Numbered from the stretch's first letter, positions 10,101-18,973 are shown. The stretch: 64,000 nucleotides of DNA from Eubacteriales bacterium (GCA_047834405.1 CP181263.1:1494618-1558617); one strand, 5' to 3'. The notes: generated from the letters alone by a model not told the origin. Made by a program: numbers and translations.

Positions 10101-10407
10101 CTATTGGCTTTTTAACGGCGGCGGGTGCAGGGTGCTTTGCTATATGCATTCGTATCACGAAGATACCCTTTGCAACGTGCTGGGCTATTTTAAGGAAGCC
10201 CGGCTGCGGCTGGAAAAAACGCTCAACCGCGGGGGCACCAAAGGGAAATCAGCGGCGCGGGTGAAACGGCTCCGCCGGCTGGAGCAGTACGAAGGGAGGC
10301 TGGAAAAGGCTGCTTCCGCCCACATCCGGCTGGACTTGGACGACGGGGTATTGTATAATTACAGCAAAATTCAAAACGGACAGAACTTGCTTCCGCCCTT
10401 AAAATAA
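7165..10407 (+). CDS. pglX: BREX-1 type adenine DNA methyltransferase PglX (BrxX), solitary
   Basis: PglX signatures EEVSYIWF.R...RFMEVNGYLP, ATQFFTTDWIVRSMVDNSLGRYW, motif I ILDPCMGSGHIL, motif IV NPPY, YNKGGGFRKWYGN, KRPIYWLF and LDLDDGV. GTG at 7165 follows GGGAGGTG. Confidence 0.88.
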   Translation: MNKTVIKAFATNARRKLIASVSQRITDNIGSGKPIAELAADLAEKGFDAVAEEVSYIWFKRIVGVRFMEVNGYLPGGVRVLSSEHPGQVLPDIVAAAPQKEKTDALFTSLFIDCCRSLAEILPDYFGSACGYLDALLELSFQDKNGIVRRLVDGISEEDFREAVEIVGWLYQYYNDDRKNAVTGLNGGRVKREDVPAATQFFTTDWIVRSMVDNSLGRYWLERHPKSPLKEKLLYYLGGGEEAAGQEISPQEIKILDPCMGSGHILVYAFEILVEIYGECGYSAYDAAEQILRHNLYGLDVDQRSYELAYFALFMKARSYNADIFTRKIPLNLFPIQESNGISEELLSFVADGDKELQEDLQSLTASFRDAKEYGSLISVGSLHFDRIDRRVEKIRQEEYGLSCPALREDTLKKLLPLIRQARAMAGTYPVVATNPPYLYKMNPKLKAYVNRHYHAYAGDLFAVFLYRNFGFCTENGYCAFMSPFVWMFIKTYQKLREYILREKSISSLIQLEYSAFEEATVPVCTFVLKNGPETRPGIYLRLSDFRGGMEVQKQKAIEASRNPRCPYRYETPAARFTRIPGMPIAYWADREYSEIFLNTPGIGAYAAVTNGLFTCNNKRFLRYWFEVPREEIHFHCSGREDCEKSPLKWYPYNKGGGFRKWYGNQEYVVNFQNFGEEISKYRVQSGQSAVFPGQDYYFLPGISWSFVSSSRFGVRYYPGGFVFDIAGSSVFMKRREDVLYTLGFLSSKCAFAMLNLINPTLNYQAGNIAQLPLRIDESVKPRIDALVRENIAISKADWDFSETSWGFETHPFVKFQSGSGKIADAYAAWKEYAERRFQRLKENEEEINRIFIRIYGLQNNLSPEEEERDITVRRAALARDTRSFLHFAVGCVFGRFPVPGYHTDVTDTVPICGEIPDDLVARVVAFVRCVFGKASLQENLEFLSSALDGSGSPLEKIRAYYTYSFYQEHCRLYKKRPIYWLFNGGGCRVLCYMHSYHEDTLCNVLGYFKEARLRLEKTLNRGGTKGKSAARVKRLRRLEQYEGRLEKAASAHIRLDLDDGVLYNYSKIQNGQNLLPPLK

Positions 10408-10421
10408 AAGGTGAGGTTGTA

Positions 10422-11063
10422 ATGATCAAAGCAGTAATATTTGATATGGACGGCACAATGTTTAATACGGAACGCGTCAAGATGCAGGCTTGGGAAAAAG
10501 CCGGAAAAGAGCTTCATTGCGCGGATGGTCATGAAATCTACGCGCAGCTTATGGGATTCACCTACGAATATGTGGAAAAAGCATTCAAAGAAACCTATGG
10601 CAAGGATTTCCCTTATGAGGACTTTATCAAACTCGGCACCAAATACTTCAAGGAATACCTTGCGGAAAATGGGGTTCCGGTGAAAGAGGGGCTTTACACT
10701 TTATTGGATTATCTGAAGGATAACGGCTATAAAATAGCGGTTGCAACCTCCACACAGAGGGAAACCACGCTGCACCATTTGAAAAGCACGAATACGCTTT
10801 CGTACTTTGATTCGATTGTGTGCGGGGATATGCTGGAAAAAAGCAAGCCGGACCCGGATATTTATCTGAAAGCGGCGGCCTCGCTTCGGGTTTCGCCCGC
10901 GGAATGCATGGCGGTTGAAGATTCCCTCAACGGAATCACCTCGGCTTACCGCGCAGGCATGAAAACGGTAATGGTTCCGGATATGGTGAAGCCTAATCCG
11001 GAACTGAATAAAATGCTGTATGCCTGTGTTAAAACGCTGGACGAGATCATCCCGATCTTATAA
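10422..11063 (+). CDS. HAD family phosphatase (beta-phosphoglucomutase-like)
   Basis: Motifs IFDMDGT, VATST, KPDPDIY and VEDS. Confidence 0.9.
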   Translation: MIKAVIFDMDGTMFNTERVKMQAWEKAGKELHCADGHEIYAQLMGFTYEYVEKAFKETYGKDFPYEDFIKLGTKYFKEYLAENGVPVKEGLYTLLDYLKDNGYKIAVATSTQRETTLHHLKSTNTLSYFDSIVCGDMLEKSKPDPDIYLKAAASLRVSPAECMAVEDSLNGITSAYRAGMKTVMVPDMVKPNPELNKMLYACVKTLDEIIPIL

Positions 11064-11088
11064 AAAAGCTGCCAGTTTTCTGGCAGCT
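11062..11088. terminator. Terminator between convergent genes
   Basis: AGCTGCCAG/CTGGCAGCT stem with a flanking A run. Confidence 0.7.
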
Positions 11089-11092
11089 ACTG

Positions 11093-11599
11093 TTATTGTG
11101 AATCGGTATTTAATATTTTGAACCGTTTCTTTACTTCTTCCGTCGGGAGAATCATGCTGTTGTATAGGTCTGCCTTCGTTCCTACGTCGTAGGGACATTC
11201 CTTTGGCAGCTTACCAATATAGACAGTATTTCCCTTTGTGCCAAGATAGATCGGTTTTGATGTGTGTTTAGCCGACTCCCACGATTTTTTGGGAACAAGA
11301 GAAATGGCGAGCAAAGGGTTTTCCGCATCTCCTTGAAACTCAAAGGAGATGGTTGTCTTTTTTGAACCATCCTTCAGCGTTTTTTCGCTGACGACCGCTT
11401 TATAATTTTCCGTTTCCCAACTGTCCGGTATGGCAAAGGAAAAGCCCAGTTCTTCATTTGTATAAACGATTTGCGCAGCAGCGTCTTCCAAAGGCGCGGA
11501 TAGTGCCAATTGTACGGAAGAAGGTTCCGCCTTGGCCGTACATGCGGCAAGAGCGATCATGCACAAGGCAAGCCAGAGTAAAAGGACGGGTTTTCGCAT
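11093..11599 (-). CDS. Hypothetical lipoprotein
   Basis: Lipobox LAAC, RBS AGGAGA and upstream TTGACA-N17-TATGAT (11635-11663). Confidence 0.72.
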   Translation of the reverse strand: MRKPVLLLWLALCMIALAACTAKAEPSSVQLALSAPLEDAAAQIVYTNEELGFSFAIPDSWETENYKAVVSEKTLKDGSKKTTISFEFQGDAENPLLAISLVPKKSWESAKHTSKPIYLGTKGNTVYIGKLPKECPYDVGTKADLYNSMILPTEEVKKRFKILNTDSQ

Positions 11600-11772
11600 A
11601 AATCTCCTTCTTTCGGGTAGACGTTTACCAATAAATCATATGCCGGAGGCATACAAATGTCAATGTAAGTATTAAATCTGTAACAAATTCATTACAATAC
11701 TGTTATAATTAAAAAATTTTTGGGATTTGTGCTATAATGAAAGTGGTATAATTTTGAAGGCGGCGATGGTCA

Positions 11773-12210
11773 ATGAAAATTCTGGTAGATGCGGATGCCT
11801 GCCCGGTAAAGGAAATTATCGTTCGGCTGGCGCGTGAAAAAGCTCTTCCGGTTACAATGCTGATTGATACCAGCCACGAGATTCATGACGGTTACAGCAC
11901 CGTTATTACCGTTGACAAGGGGCGTGACAGCGCGGATATCCGCCTTGTCAACCTGATTGAATCCGGGGATATCGTCGTTACCCAGGATTTCGGCGTGGCG
12001 GCAATGGCCCTTGCCAAGGAAGCGAAGGTGCTGAACCAGAACGGGATGATTTACGACAATTCCAACATGGACCGCCTTCTTTTCGAACGCGCGCTCGGCC
12101 AAGAAGTGCGGCGCGCCGGTGGAAGAACCGGGAAAATCAGAAAACGTACCAAACAGGATGATGAAGCATTTGAGCGGACGCTTTCCCGCATGATTGAAGA
12201 AAGTATTTGA
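11773..12210 (+). CDS. YaiI/YqxD (UPF0178) family protein
   Basis: Motifs MKILVDADACPVK, DSAD and DIVVTQDFGVAAMAL. Confidence 0.92.
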   Translation: MKILVDADACPVKEIIVRLAREKALPVTMLIDTSHEIHDGYSTVITVDKGRDSADIRLVNLIESGDIVVTQDFGVAAMALAKEAKVLNQNGMIYDNSNMDRLLFERALGQEVRRAGGRTGKIRKRTKQDDEAFERTLSRMIEESI

Positions 12211-12274
12211 CATATTTCTTATTAATGGTATAATACCTATGTTTTGCTCAAAATTAAGACGTGGGGTTGAAGAT

Positions 12275-13702
12275 ATGTTTGATTATGACGTAATCGTAAT
12301 CGGAGCCGGCCCAGCCGGCATTTTTACTGCCTTGGAAATGGATAAGCTTGCCCCTGAAAAACGGGTGCTGCTTGTCGATTCGGGCAGCGCGATTGACCGC
12401 CGCGCCTGTCCGGCAAGGACTTCCGGACAGTGCGCCCATTGCCCTACCTGTAATATTATGAACGGCTGGGCGGGGGCCGGCGCGTTTTCCGACGGAAAGC
12501 TTTCCCTTTCGGAGGAAGTCGGCGGCAACATTACCGATTACATGCCGGTTGCAAAAGCAAGGGAATTGATTCATTATGCGGATGAGATCTATCTCCATTA
12601 TGGAGCGCCGCGTAAGGTGTTTGGAAAAAGCGACAAATTTGCGGAAAAAGTGTCCTATCAGGCGCGCAAAGAGAACATCCGGCTGATCCCCTGCCCGGTA
12701 CGCCACATGGGAACCGAATATTCCTTTGAAGTTCTGCGCGGTATGTATCGCTATCTTTCCAGCCGTCCGAATTTTGAATTCCGCGAGCATACTACGGCGG
12801 ATACGATTGAAGTGGAGGGTGGAAAAGCGCAGGGCGTATGGCTTATTGATTCCAAGGGGGAGCGCACGCTGGTGCGCGCGCCTTATGTCGTTATCGCTCC
12901 GGGACGCGGCGGTGCGGATTGGCTTGCGCGTATCGCGCAGGAGAATAATCTTACGACCATCAACAACGAAGTGGACATCGGCGTGCGTGTAGAAGTCCCG
13001 AACGCGGTGATGGATCACCTGACGAAAAACCTGTACGAGGCTAAGCTGGTATATTACTCGGATACGTTTGAAAATAAGGTCCGCACCTTCTGCATGAACC
13101 CCGGCGGGATTGTCAGCGAGGAGCATTACGACGGGGGAATCGACGGGGGAATCGCGGTTGTGAACGGCCATTCCTATGCGGACGAGGATAAGCACAGCGA
13201 AAACACCAATTTCGCGCTGCTTGTTTCCACCAAGTTTACGGAACCGTTCAAACGGCCGATTGAATACGGGCGCTATATCGCGCAGCTTGGCAATATGCTG
13301 ACCGGCGGCGGTATTATGGTGCAGCGGCTTGGCGACCTGCTTCTCGGCAGGCGTACGGATTATACAAGGCTGAAAAAGTCCACGACGATACCGACCCTTA
13401 CAAACGCGGTGCCGGGTGATCTTTCATTTGTGCTGCCGCATCGCCATCTGACAAGCATTGTGGAGTCTTTGCGGGCCTTCGATAAGCTGGCGCCTGGACT
13501 GTATTCCAAAAATACGCTGCTCTACGGCGTAGAAGTGAAATTCTATTCTTCGAAGATATCCGTTGGGAATAATTTTGAAACGGCGATTAAAAACCTGTAC
13601 GCCGTGGGAGACGGGGCCGGAATCACCCGGGGCCTGATGCAGGCTTCTGTGACCGGCATTGTTGTCGCAAGGGATATCGCAGAAAAACAGAAGAAGAAAT
13701 AA
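12275..13702 (+). CDS. FAD-dependent oxidoreductase (uncharacterised family with N-terminal Cys cluster)
   Basis: Motifs IGAGPAG, C-x6-C-x2-C-x2-C, GAGAFSDGK, RTFCMNPGG and GDGAGITRG. Internal promoter TTGACA-N16-TATAAT at 12207-12234. Confidence 0.85.
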   Translation: MFDYDVIVIGAGPAGIFTALEMDKLAPEKRVLLVDSGSAIDRRACPARTSGQCAHCPTCNIMNGWAGAGAFSDGKLSLSEEVGGNITDYMPVAKARELIHYADEIYLHYGAPRKVFGKSDKFAEKVSYQARKENIRLIPCPVRHMGTEYSFEVLRGMYRYLSSRPNFEFREHTTADTIEVEGGKAQGVWLIDSKGERTLVRAPYVVIAPGRGGADWLARIAQENNLTTINNEVDIGVRVEVPNAVMDHLTKNLYEAKLVYYSDTFENKVRTFCMNPGGIVSEEHYDGGIDGGIAVVNGHSYADEDKHSENTNFALLVSTKFTEPFKRPIEYGRYIAQLGNMLTGGGIMVQRLGDLLLGRRTDYTRLKKSTTIPTLTNAVPGDLSFVLPHRHLTSIVESLRAFDKLAPGLYSKNTLLYGVEVKFYSSKISVGNNFETAIKNLYAVGDGAGITRGLMQASVTGIVVARDIAEKQKKK

Positions 13703-13707
13703 ACATT

Positions 13708-13739
13708 CAGCGAACCTGAAAACCGGGTTCGCTGTTTTT
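13708..13739 (+). terminator. Intrinsic terminator
   Basis: CAGCGAACCT/GGGTTCGCTG then a T run. Confidence 0.8.
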
Positions 13740-13854
13740 ATGCATGGAATAAAAGCTGTGACATATAATTTGATAGATATGCCGTTCTTTCCAAGCAAAC
13801 AGTCTTCCTGAGTACCATGGAATTAGCCGGCATGATAAGTGAGGAGGGGATATT

Positions 13855-14874
13855 TTGCCCGAATATACATTAAATTATTATATCCGGTCCAATAGCGCAA
13901 GGGGCTATGCGAGCTTTTTTGAGTCAAATTTCAGCCGTCTGCGTACGGTTGTCCGCTTAGACGGTTATCCATCCGTTGCAGTAGCGGATATTGTCGGAAA
14001 CATTTGCGCAGATGCGCTTGAAAGAAGCTTTCATGTCGAGCTGATTCATAACTGCTTGGACAATTCGCTGGAAGGCGTGATCGTTCCGGAAAAAAGCGCC
14101 GGTGTTATCAACTTTCCGCTTTATGATGAAGAAGAATTCAGCGTTGCTGCAATTCTGAATGACGAAAACCTGCACCAGACTTTTGCAGGGCTGGAGGCGG
14201 CCCGCCGCCATTTTGCCGCGGCGCTGGAAATTCATGACCGATGGGAGCAGATTTATATATCGAATATGGATTTTGCTGCCGCCAACAAGCTGGCATCCGA
14301 TACGATTGAAAGGGTAATCGGCGGGAATACGCTTCCGAAAAAAGGGGAGCAGATTCATCGCTTTTTCGGCGCGGCAACCATGGACGGTTCCCTTGACTAT
14401 ATCGACAGCCTTACATCCCATCTTGCAAAGCGGTATTTTATCAAAGGGCGGCCCGGAACGGGCAAGTCCACGTTTTTAAAAAAGATTGCCGAGTATGCTT
14501 GCGCCGCGGGATATGAAACAGAGGTATACCACTGCGCCTTTGACCCGAACAGCGTGGACATGATTGTTTTAAGGGAGCTCGGCATGTGCGTGTTCGACAG
14601 CACGTCGCCGCATGAATACTTCCCGTCCCGCCCCAATGACGAGGTCATCGATATTTACAAGACCGCGGTCGCGGAGAAAACGGATGAGAAACACCGTTCG
14701 GAGATTGCCGCGATCATGACGGACTATAAGGCGGAAATCGCAAAGGCAACAAAACAGCTTGCCCGCGCGAAACGGTATTACGACGAAGTCCAGCGGGGGC
14801 TTCTTTCGAAAATCAATGCCGGAGCGCTTGGAAATATGGAAAAGAAAATTCACGACAAAATTTTTGAAAGCTGA
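13855..14874 (+). CDS. PRK06851-like P-loop ATPase protein
   Basis: Walker A GRPGTGKST, HCAFDPNSVDM and DSTSPHEY. TTG start follows GAGGAGG. Confidence 0.75.
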   Translation: MPEYTLNYYIRSNSARGYASFFESNFSRLRTVVRLDGYPSVAVADIVGNICADALERSFHVELIHNCLDNSLEGVIVPEKSAGVINFPLYDEEEFSVAAILNDENLHQTFAGLEAARRHFAAALEIHDRWEQIYISNMDFAAANKLASDTIERVIGGNTLPKKGEQIHRFFGAATMDGSLDYIDSLTSHLAKRYFIKGRPGTGKSTFLKKIAEYACAAGYETEVYHCAFDPNSVDMIVLRELGMCVFDSTSPHEYFPSRPNDEVIDIYKTAVAEKTDEKHRSEIAAIMTDYKAEIAKATKQLARAKRYYDEVQRGLLSKINAGALGNMEKKIHDKIFES

Positions 14875-14888
14875 TGATTCCTAAATCT

Positions 14889-14966
14889 AAAGCGGCTATG
14901 GGAAACCATAGCCGCTTTTGCGATTGCAATCATGACGGCTGGGGCGGAATACGCCCCGGCTTTTTT
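14889..14966 (+). terminator. Tandem terminator hairpins
   Basis: AAAGCGGCTATGG/CCATAGCCGCTTT, then GCTGGGGCG/CGCCCCGGC followed by T6. Confidence 0.75.
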
Positions 14967-15009
14967 GCCTGTTTTTTCACGCCGGGCGGATATTTTGTAT
15001 GATACGCTA

Positions 15010-15058
15010 TTGACAAATTGCCCGGAAGCGGTTATAGTGTTCCTATAAAGAAACACTA
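15010..15058 (+). promoter_or_regulatory. sigA promoter with overlapping inverted repeat (candidate TrmB operator)
   Basis: TTGACA-N17-TATAGT, with TAGTGTT-N10-AACACTA overlapping the -10 and +1. Confidence 0.65.
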
Positions 15059-15071
15059 CTGGAGGGATTGC

Positions 15072-15767
15072 ATGGATGCCGCTGAAATGCTGGGCTATTT
15101 CGGGCTGACCCGTCAGGAGTCGGTGCTCTACCTCATGCTTTGCTCCGAGGGCAGGATGACGGGATACGAAGCGGCGAAGGTGACGGGAATTTCGCGCTCG
15201 AATACGTATACGGCGCTCGCCGGCCTTGTGGAAAAGGGCGCGGCGTTTATAGAAGAGGATACCGCAACCCATTACCTCCCGGTTCCGGCGGAGGAATTCT
15301 GCGGCAACCGGATTCGCCGCATGCAGGAATACGCACAATTGCTTACGCAGGTTCTCCCGGAGCAAAGGGAGGAAACCGGGGGTTATATCACCGTAAAGGG
15401 CGAAGAAAATATTTTTGACAAAATGAAAAACATGATTGACAAGGCGAAGGAGCGGGTCTATCTCGCCGTTTCCGGGCAGACACTTTCGAAGCTGATGCCC
15501 CAGATCGAGGGGGCTGTCGCGCGGGGGTTGAAAGTCGTGATTATCACCGACCCGCCGTTTGCGTTGGATGGGGCGCAGGTTTATCATACGAAAACCGGGC
15601 AGCACCAAATCCGGCTGATTGCGGACTCGAAAAACGTACTGACGGGGGACACCGCGGCCGGGTCCGAATCAACCTGCCTGTATTCTCAAAAACGGAATCT
15701 GATTGAGCTTTTTAAAGAAGCATTAAAAAATGAAATTACGCTGATCACAATGATGGAAGGAAGTTGA
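15072..15767 (+). CDS. TrmB family transcriptional regulator
   Basis: wHTH motif TGYEAAKVTGISRSNTYTALAGLVEKG and a C-terminal effector domain. Confidence 0.88.
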   Translation: MDAAEMLGYFGLTRQESVLYLMLCSEGRMTGYEAAKVTGISRSNTYTALAGLVEKGAAFIEEDTATHYLPVPAEEFCGNRIRRMQEYAQLLTQVLPEQREETGGYITVKGEENIFDKMKNMIDKAKERVYLAVSGQTLSKLMPQIEGAVARGLKVVIITDPPFALDGAQVYHTKTGQHQIRLIADSKNVLTGDTAAGSESTCLYSQKRNLIELFKEALKNEITLITMMEGS

Positions 15768-15771
15768 TTTT

Positions 15772-17061
15772 TTGAAGAAGCCGTTTGTTACACTGGAACA
15801 ATTAAAAAAAATTACTGAAAAATACCCCACTCCCTTTTATCTCTACGACGAAAAGGGAATACGGGAAAATGTGCGAAGGCTGCAAAAGGCTTTTTCCTGG
15901 AATCCCGGTTTCCGGGAATATTTTGCGGTAAAGGCAACCCCGAATCCTTTTTTGCTTCGCCTGTTAAAAGAAGAAGGCTGCGGCACGGACTGTTCGTCTT
16001 TAACGGAGCTGATGCTCGCGGACGCGGTCGGCTTCCACGGAAGCGATATCATGTTTTCTTCCAATGACACGCCTGCGCAGGAATTTGTGCTGGCAAAAAA
16101 ACTGGGCGGAATCATTAACCTGGACGATTTTACGCATATTGAATATCTGAAAGAAGCCGCGGGTATTCCGGAAACCATCTGCTGCCGCTACAATCCCGGC
16201 GGAACCTTCCAAATCAGCAACGCGATTATGGATAATCCGGGTGAGTCAAAATACGGGTTCCCCTACGACCAGTTGAAGGAAGGATTCCTCAAGCTGCGTT
16301 CGTATGGAGCGAAACGGTTCGGCCTGCATGCTTTTCTGGCAAGCAATACAACCGATGACGCGTATTATCCGACGCTGGCGGGCATTTTATTCCGTACGGC
16401 AGTCGACCTGTACAAGCAGACGGGGATTGCCGTATCCTTCATTAACCTGTCCGGCGGCATCGGTATTCCGTACCGCCCCGAACAGAAACCGGCGGATATT
16501 GAAAAAATCGGTGAGGGCGTCCGCAAGGCCTACGAAGAAATTCTGGTTCCGGCGGGACTTAAAAATGTGGATATTTACACCGAACTCGGGCGTTACATCC
16601 TTGGGCCATATGGCTGCCTTGTCACAACGGCAATCCATGAAAAGCATATTTACAAGGAATACATCGGCGTGGATGCCTGCGCTGCAAATCTGATGCGCCC
16701 CGCAATGTATGGAGCGTACCACCATATTACGGTCATGGGAAAGGAAAACGCGCCTTGTGACCATCGGTACGATATTACCGGAAGCCTGTGTGAAAACAAC
16801 GACAAATTTGCCATTGACCGTATGCTTCCGAAAATCGATAAGGGCGATTTGCTGGTGATACATGACGCAGGGGCGCACGGGCACGCCATGGGGTACAATT
16901 ATAACGGCCGGCTGCGTTCTGCAGAACTGCTCCTGAAAGAGGACGGGTCCGTCGAATTAATCCGGCGTGCGGAAACCCCGATGGATTACTTCGCAACCCT
17001 TGATTTTTCGGAGACATTTCAAATATTGAAAAAGCGTGAGGAAGAACTGGGGATCAAATAG
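15772..17061 (+). CDS. lysA: Diaminopimelate decarboxylase
   Basis: Motifs TPFYLYDE, YFAVKA (PLP Lys), SGGIG, ELGRY, GSLCENND and GYNYNG. Confidence 0.9.
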   Translation: MKKPFVTLEQLKKITEKYPTPFYLYDEKGIRENVRRLQKAFSWNPGFREYFAVKATPNPFLLRLLKEEGCGTDCSSLTELMLADAVGFHGSDIMFSSNDTPAQEFVLAKKLGGIINLDDFTHIEYLKEAAGIPETICCRYNPGGTFQISNAIMDNPGESKYGFPYDQLKEGFLKLRSYGAKRFGLHAFLASNTTDDAYYPTLAGILFRTAVDLYKQTGIAVSFINLSGGIGIPYRPEQKPADIEKIGEGVRKAYEEILVPAGLKNVDIYTELGRYILGPYGCLVTTAIHEKHIYKEYIGVDACAANLMRPAMYGAYHHITVMGKENAPCDHRYDITGSLCENNDKFAIDRMLPKIDKGDLLVIHDAGAHGHAMGYNYNGRLRSAELLLKEDGSVELIRRAETPMDYFATLDFSETFQILKKREEELGIK

Positions 17062-17087
17062 TGCATTCAGATTCTTTCCGAAATACA

Positions 17088-17115
17088 TTGACATTTTATT
17101 GGATTATGATAGAAT
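17088..17115 (+). promoter_or_regulatory. sigA promoter for riboswitch-ppa
   Basis: TTGACA-N16-TAGAAT with an extended TG. Confidence 0.7.
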
Positions 17116-17122
17116 AATTACT

Positions 17123-17209
17123 GGGAATGAAGTTCTCCCATAGCGAATGCTAAAATTGCTTTTTAAGCTGATGACTTCTGTGGCATACACAGCAGGCATC
17201 AGCTTTTTT
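17123..17209 (+). ncRNA. Fluoride (crcB) riboswitch with overlapping intrinsic terminator
   Basis: GGGAATGAAGTTCTCCC...GCTGATGACTTCTG matches the crcB aptamer layout (P1 GGGA/UCUCCC, pseudoknot GAAGU/ACUUC). GCTGATG/CATCAGC-TTTTTT forms the terminator. Confidence 0.88.
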
Positions 17210-17257
17210 GTTTACTCCGGGGAGCGGGGAAGAGGTGCGTCTTCGTTTGAAGGAGTT

Positions 17258-17821
17258 ATGAATAAAAATATTGGAGGGGTGTTTTTGAACATTTGGCACG
17301 ATATTTCCAAAGAAAGAATCCAGACAGACGATTTTTGCGCGGTCATTGAAATTCCAAAGGGCTGTAAAACCAAATATGAGCTTGATAAAAGTACGGGAAT
17401 GCTCTATATGGATCGAATTCTTTATACTTCCGCACATTATCCCGCAAATTATGGGTTTATTCCGCGCACGATAGCGGAAGACCACGATCCTCTGGATGTT
17501 CTTGTGCTCTGCACCGAGGATATACAGTCTCTTTCTCTTGTTCGGTGTCGCCCGATCGGTGTCATTGCCATGCTGGACAGCGGTTTTGTGGATGAGAAAA
17601 TTATTGCTGTTCCCTTTCATGACCCTACCTATAATGCCTATCACGACATAACGGAGCTGCCGAACCATGTGCTTGAAGAAATGTCGCACTTTTTCTCCGT
17701 GTACAAGCAGCTTGAAGGAAAAGCCACGGCTGTTGAGCATATCCGGAACGCGCAGGAAGCGAAAAAGATCATACGGGTATGCATTGAAAGATATGAAAAA
17801 GAGTATGGCGCAAAAGAATGA
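17258..17821 (+). CDS. ppa: Inorganic pyrophosphatase, family I
   Basis: Motifs VIEIPKG..TKYELDK, DRILY, YPANYGFIP and DHDPLDVLV. Alternative TTG start at 17285. Confidence 0.93.
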   Translation: MNKNIGGVFLNIWHDISKERIQTDDFCAVIEIPKGCKTKYELDKSTGMLYMDRILYTSAHYPANYGFIPRTIAEDHDPLDVLVLCTEDIQSLSLVRCRPIGVIAMLDSGFVDEKIIAVPFHDPTYNAYHDITELPNHVLEEMSHFFSVYKQLEGKATAVEHIRNAQEAKKIIRVCIERYEKEYGAKE

Positions 17822-17832
17822 ACGCAATAAAG

Positions 17833-17863
17833 AAACGCCTGCCGTTTTCGGCAGGCGTTTTTT
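17833..17863. terminator. Bidirectional terminator
   Basis: AAACGCCTGCCG/CGGCAGGCGTTT. Confidence 0.85.
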
Positions 17864-18905
17864 AATTTTGCTTCATTAGGCTGTTTAGCCGATCGGCAAT
17901 GTGAACGGATTCCTGTATCACGGCGGAAACCTCCTCCATTGCGCTCGACTGTTCCTGGGTCGTATGTAAAGTGATATTTGAGTTGTTTACGGTATCTCGG
18001 ATGGATTCCTGGATCTTCTTTGTCAGCTTCATGATATGTTCGGCCGTATTGTTTGAAGTTTGGGACAAGGTCTGAATTTCCTTTGCAACGACGTCGAATC
18101 CCTTTCCGGCCTCCCCGACGTGCGCCGATTCTATGGATGCGTTGATGCCCAGAATATTTGTATAGGAGGCAATTTGCGTAATGGATTTCAAAACATCATT
18201 AATTTCTTCCGTAATAGTCTCCACTTGCGAAATCTCGTTGTTCAGATCCTGCTGCCGTTCCGTAATATTCTGCGCGGAGGCTGCAAGCTCTTCCAGAGTG
18301 GACGAAATCTCGATGAATTTGCTTGCCAGAAGCTTAGCGAGATGTTCAAGCTCGATTTTTGCGTAGCCGTTTTTGGCGAGTGCATTGACGACAATAAACA
18401 AAACTTCCGCGGCGGCGCTGATGCTCTTCATATCCGTAACCTTGACCTTCTTCACCGCGTCGACCAACCCGTCCCCGCTGACATTGATTTCATTTGCAAC
18501 TTTGCGGTAATGTTCCTCCCGGGGCTTTTCCGAAAGTACCTGTCCGCCCAAAACGGTTCCGATCAGTTCGCCGTTAATGATGATCGGTGCGGCGAAATCA
18601 ATCAGACCCGCGTGGCATTGACCGACAAACGGCCTGCCGGAGCGGGCGGCCATTTCGCCCATGCGGTTGTGGGATTCAGCACAGCGGCGGTCACCAATTT
18701 GGGACTGGTGGACAAATCCGTCGCAAAATCTTGTATAGGAACTGGGATTTGTTACCGGGGTGCCGTTACGGTCTACGGTCACGCTGGCGCAATTCATTCC
18801 GATTGCAAAATTATCCTGGAATTTTTGCAACAAAGAGATGTCGATGATATCGCTTATTTCGAGCAGCTTCATGTCAAGCGTGCCGTCTTCGTTTGTTTTT
18901 ATCAT
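17862..18905 (-). CDS. Cytoplasmic chemoreceptor with PocR ligand-binding domain
   Basis: PocR-like N-terminus ([10 protein letters not shown]...[18 protein letters not shown]) plus MCP hairpin [28 protein letters not shown]. No TM helices. Confidence 0.85.
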   Translation of the reverse strand: MIKTNEDGTLDMKLLEISDIIDISLLQKFQDNFAIGMNCASVTVDRNGTPVTNPSSYTRFCDGFVHQSQIGDRRCAESHNRMGEMAARSGRPFVGQCHAGLIDFAAPIIINGELIGTVLGGQVLSEKPREEHYRKVANEINVSGDGLVDAVKKVKVTDMKSISAAAEVLFIVVNALAKNGYAKIELEHLAKLLASKFIEISSTLEELAASAQNITERQQDLNNEISQVETITEEINDVLKSITQIASYTNILGINASIESAHVGEAGKGFDVVAKEIQTLSQTSNNTAEHIMKLTKKIQESIRDTVNNSNITLHTTQEQSSAMEEVSAVIQESVHIADRLNSLMKQN

Positions 18906-18973
18906 TCTTTCGTTCGTCCTTTTTTGTATTTTGTTTGGCAGTAAAAGAGTCTCTTAATCGTCCGATTTCGTAT

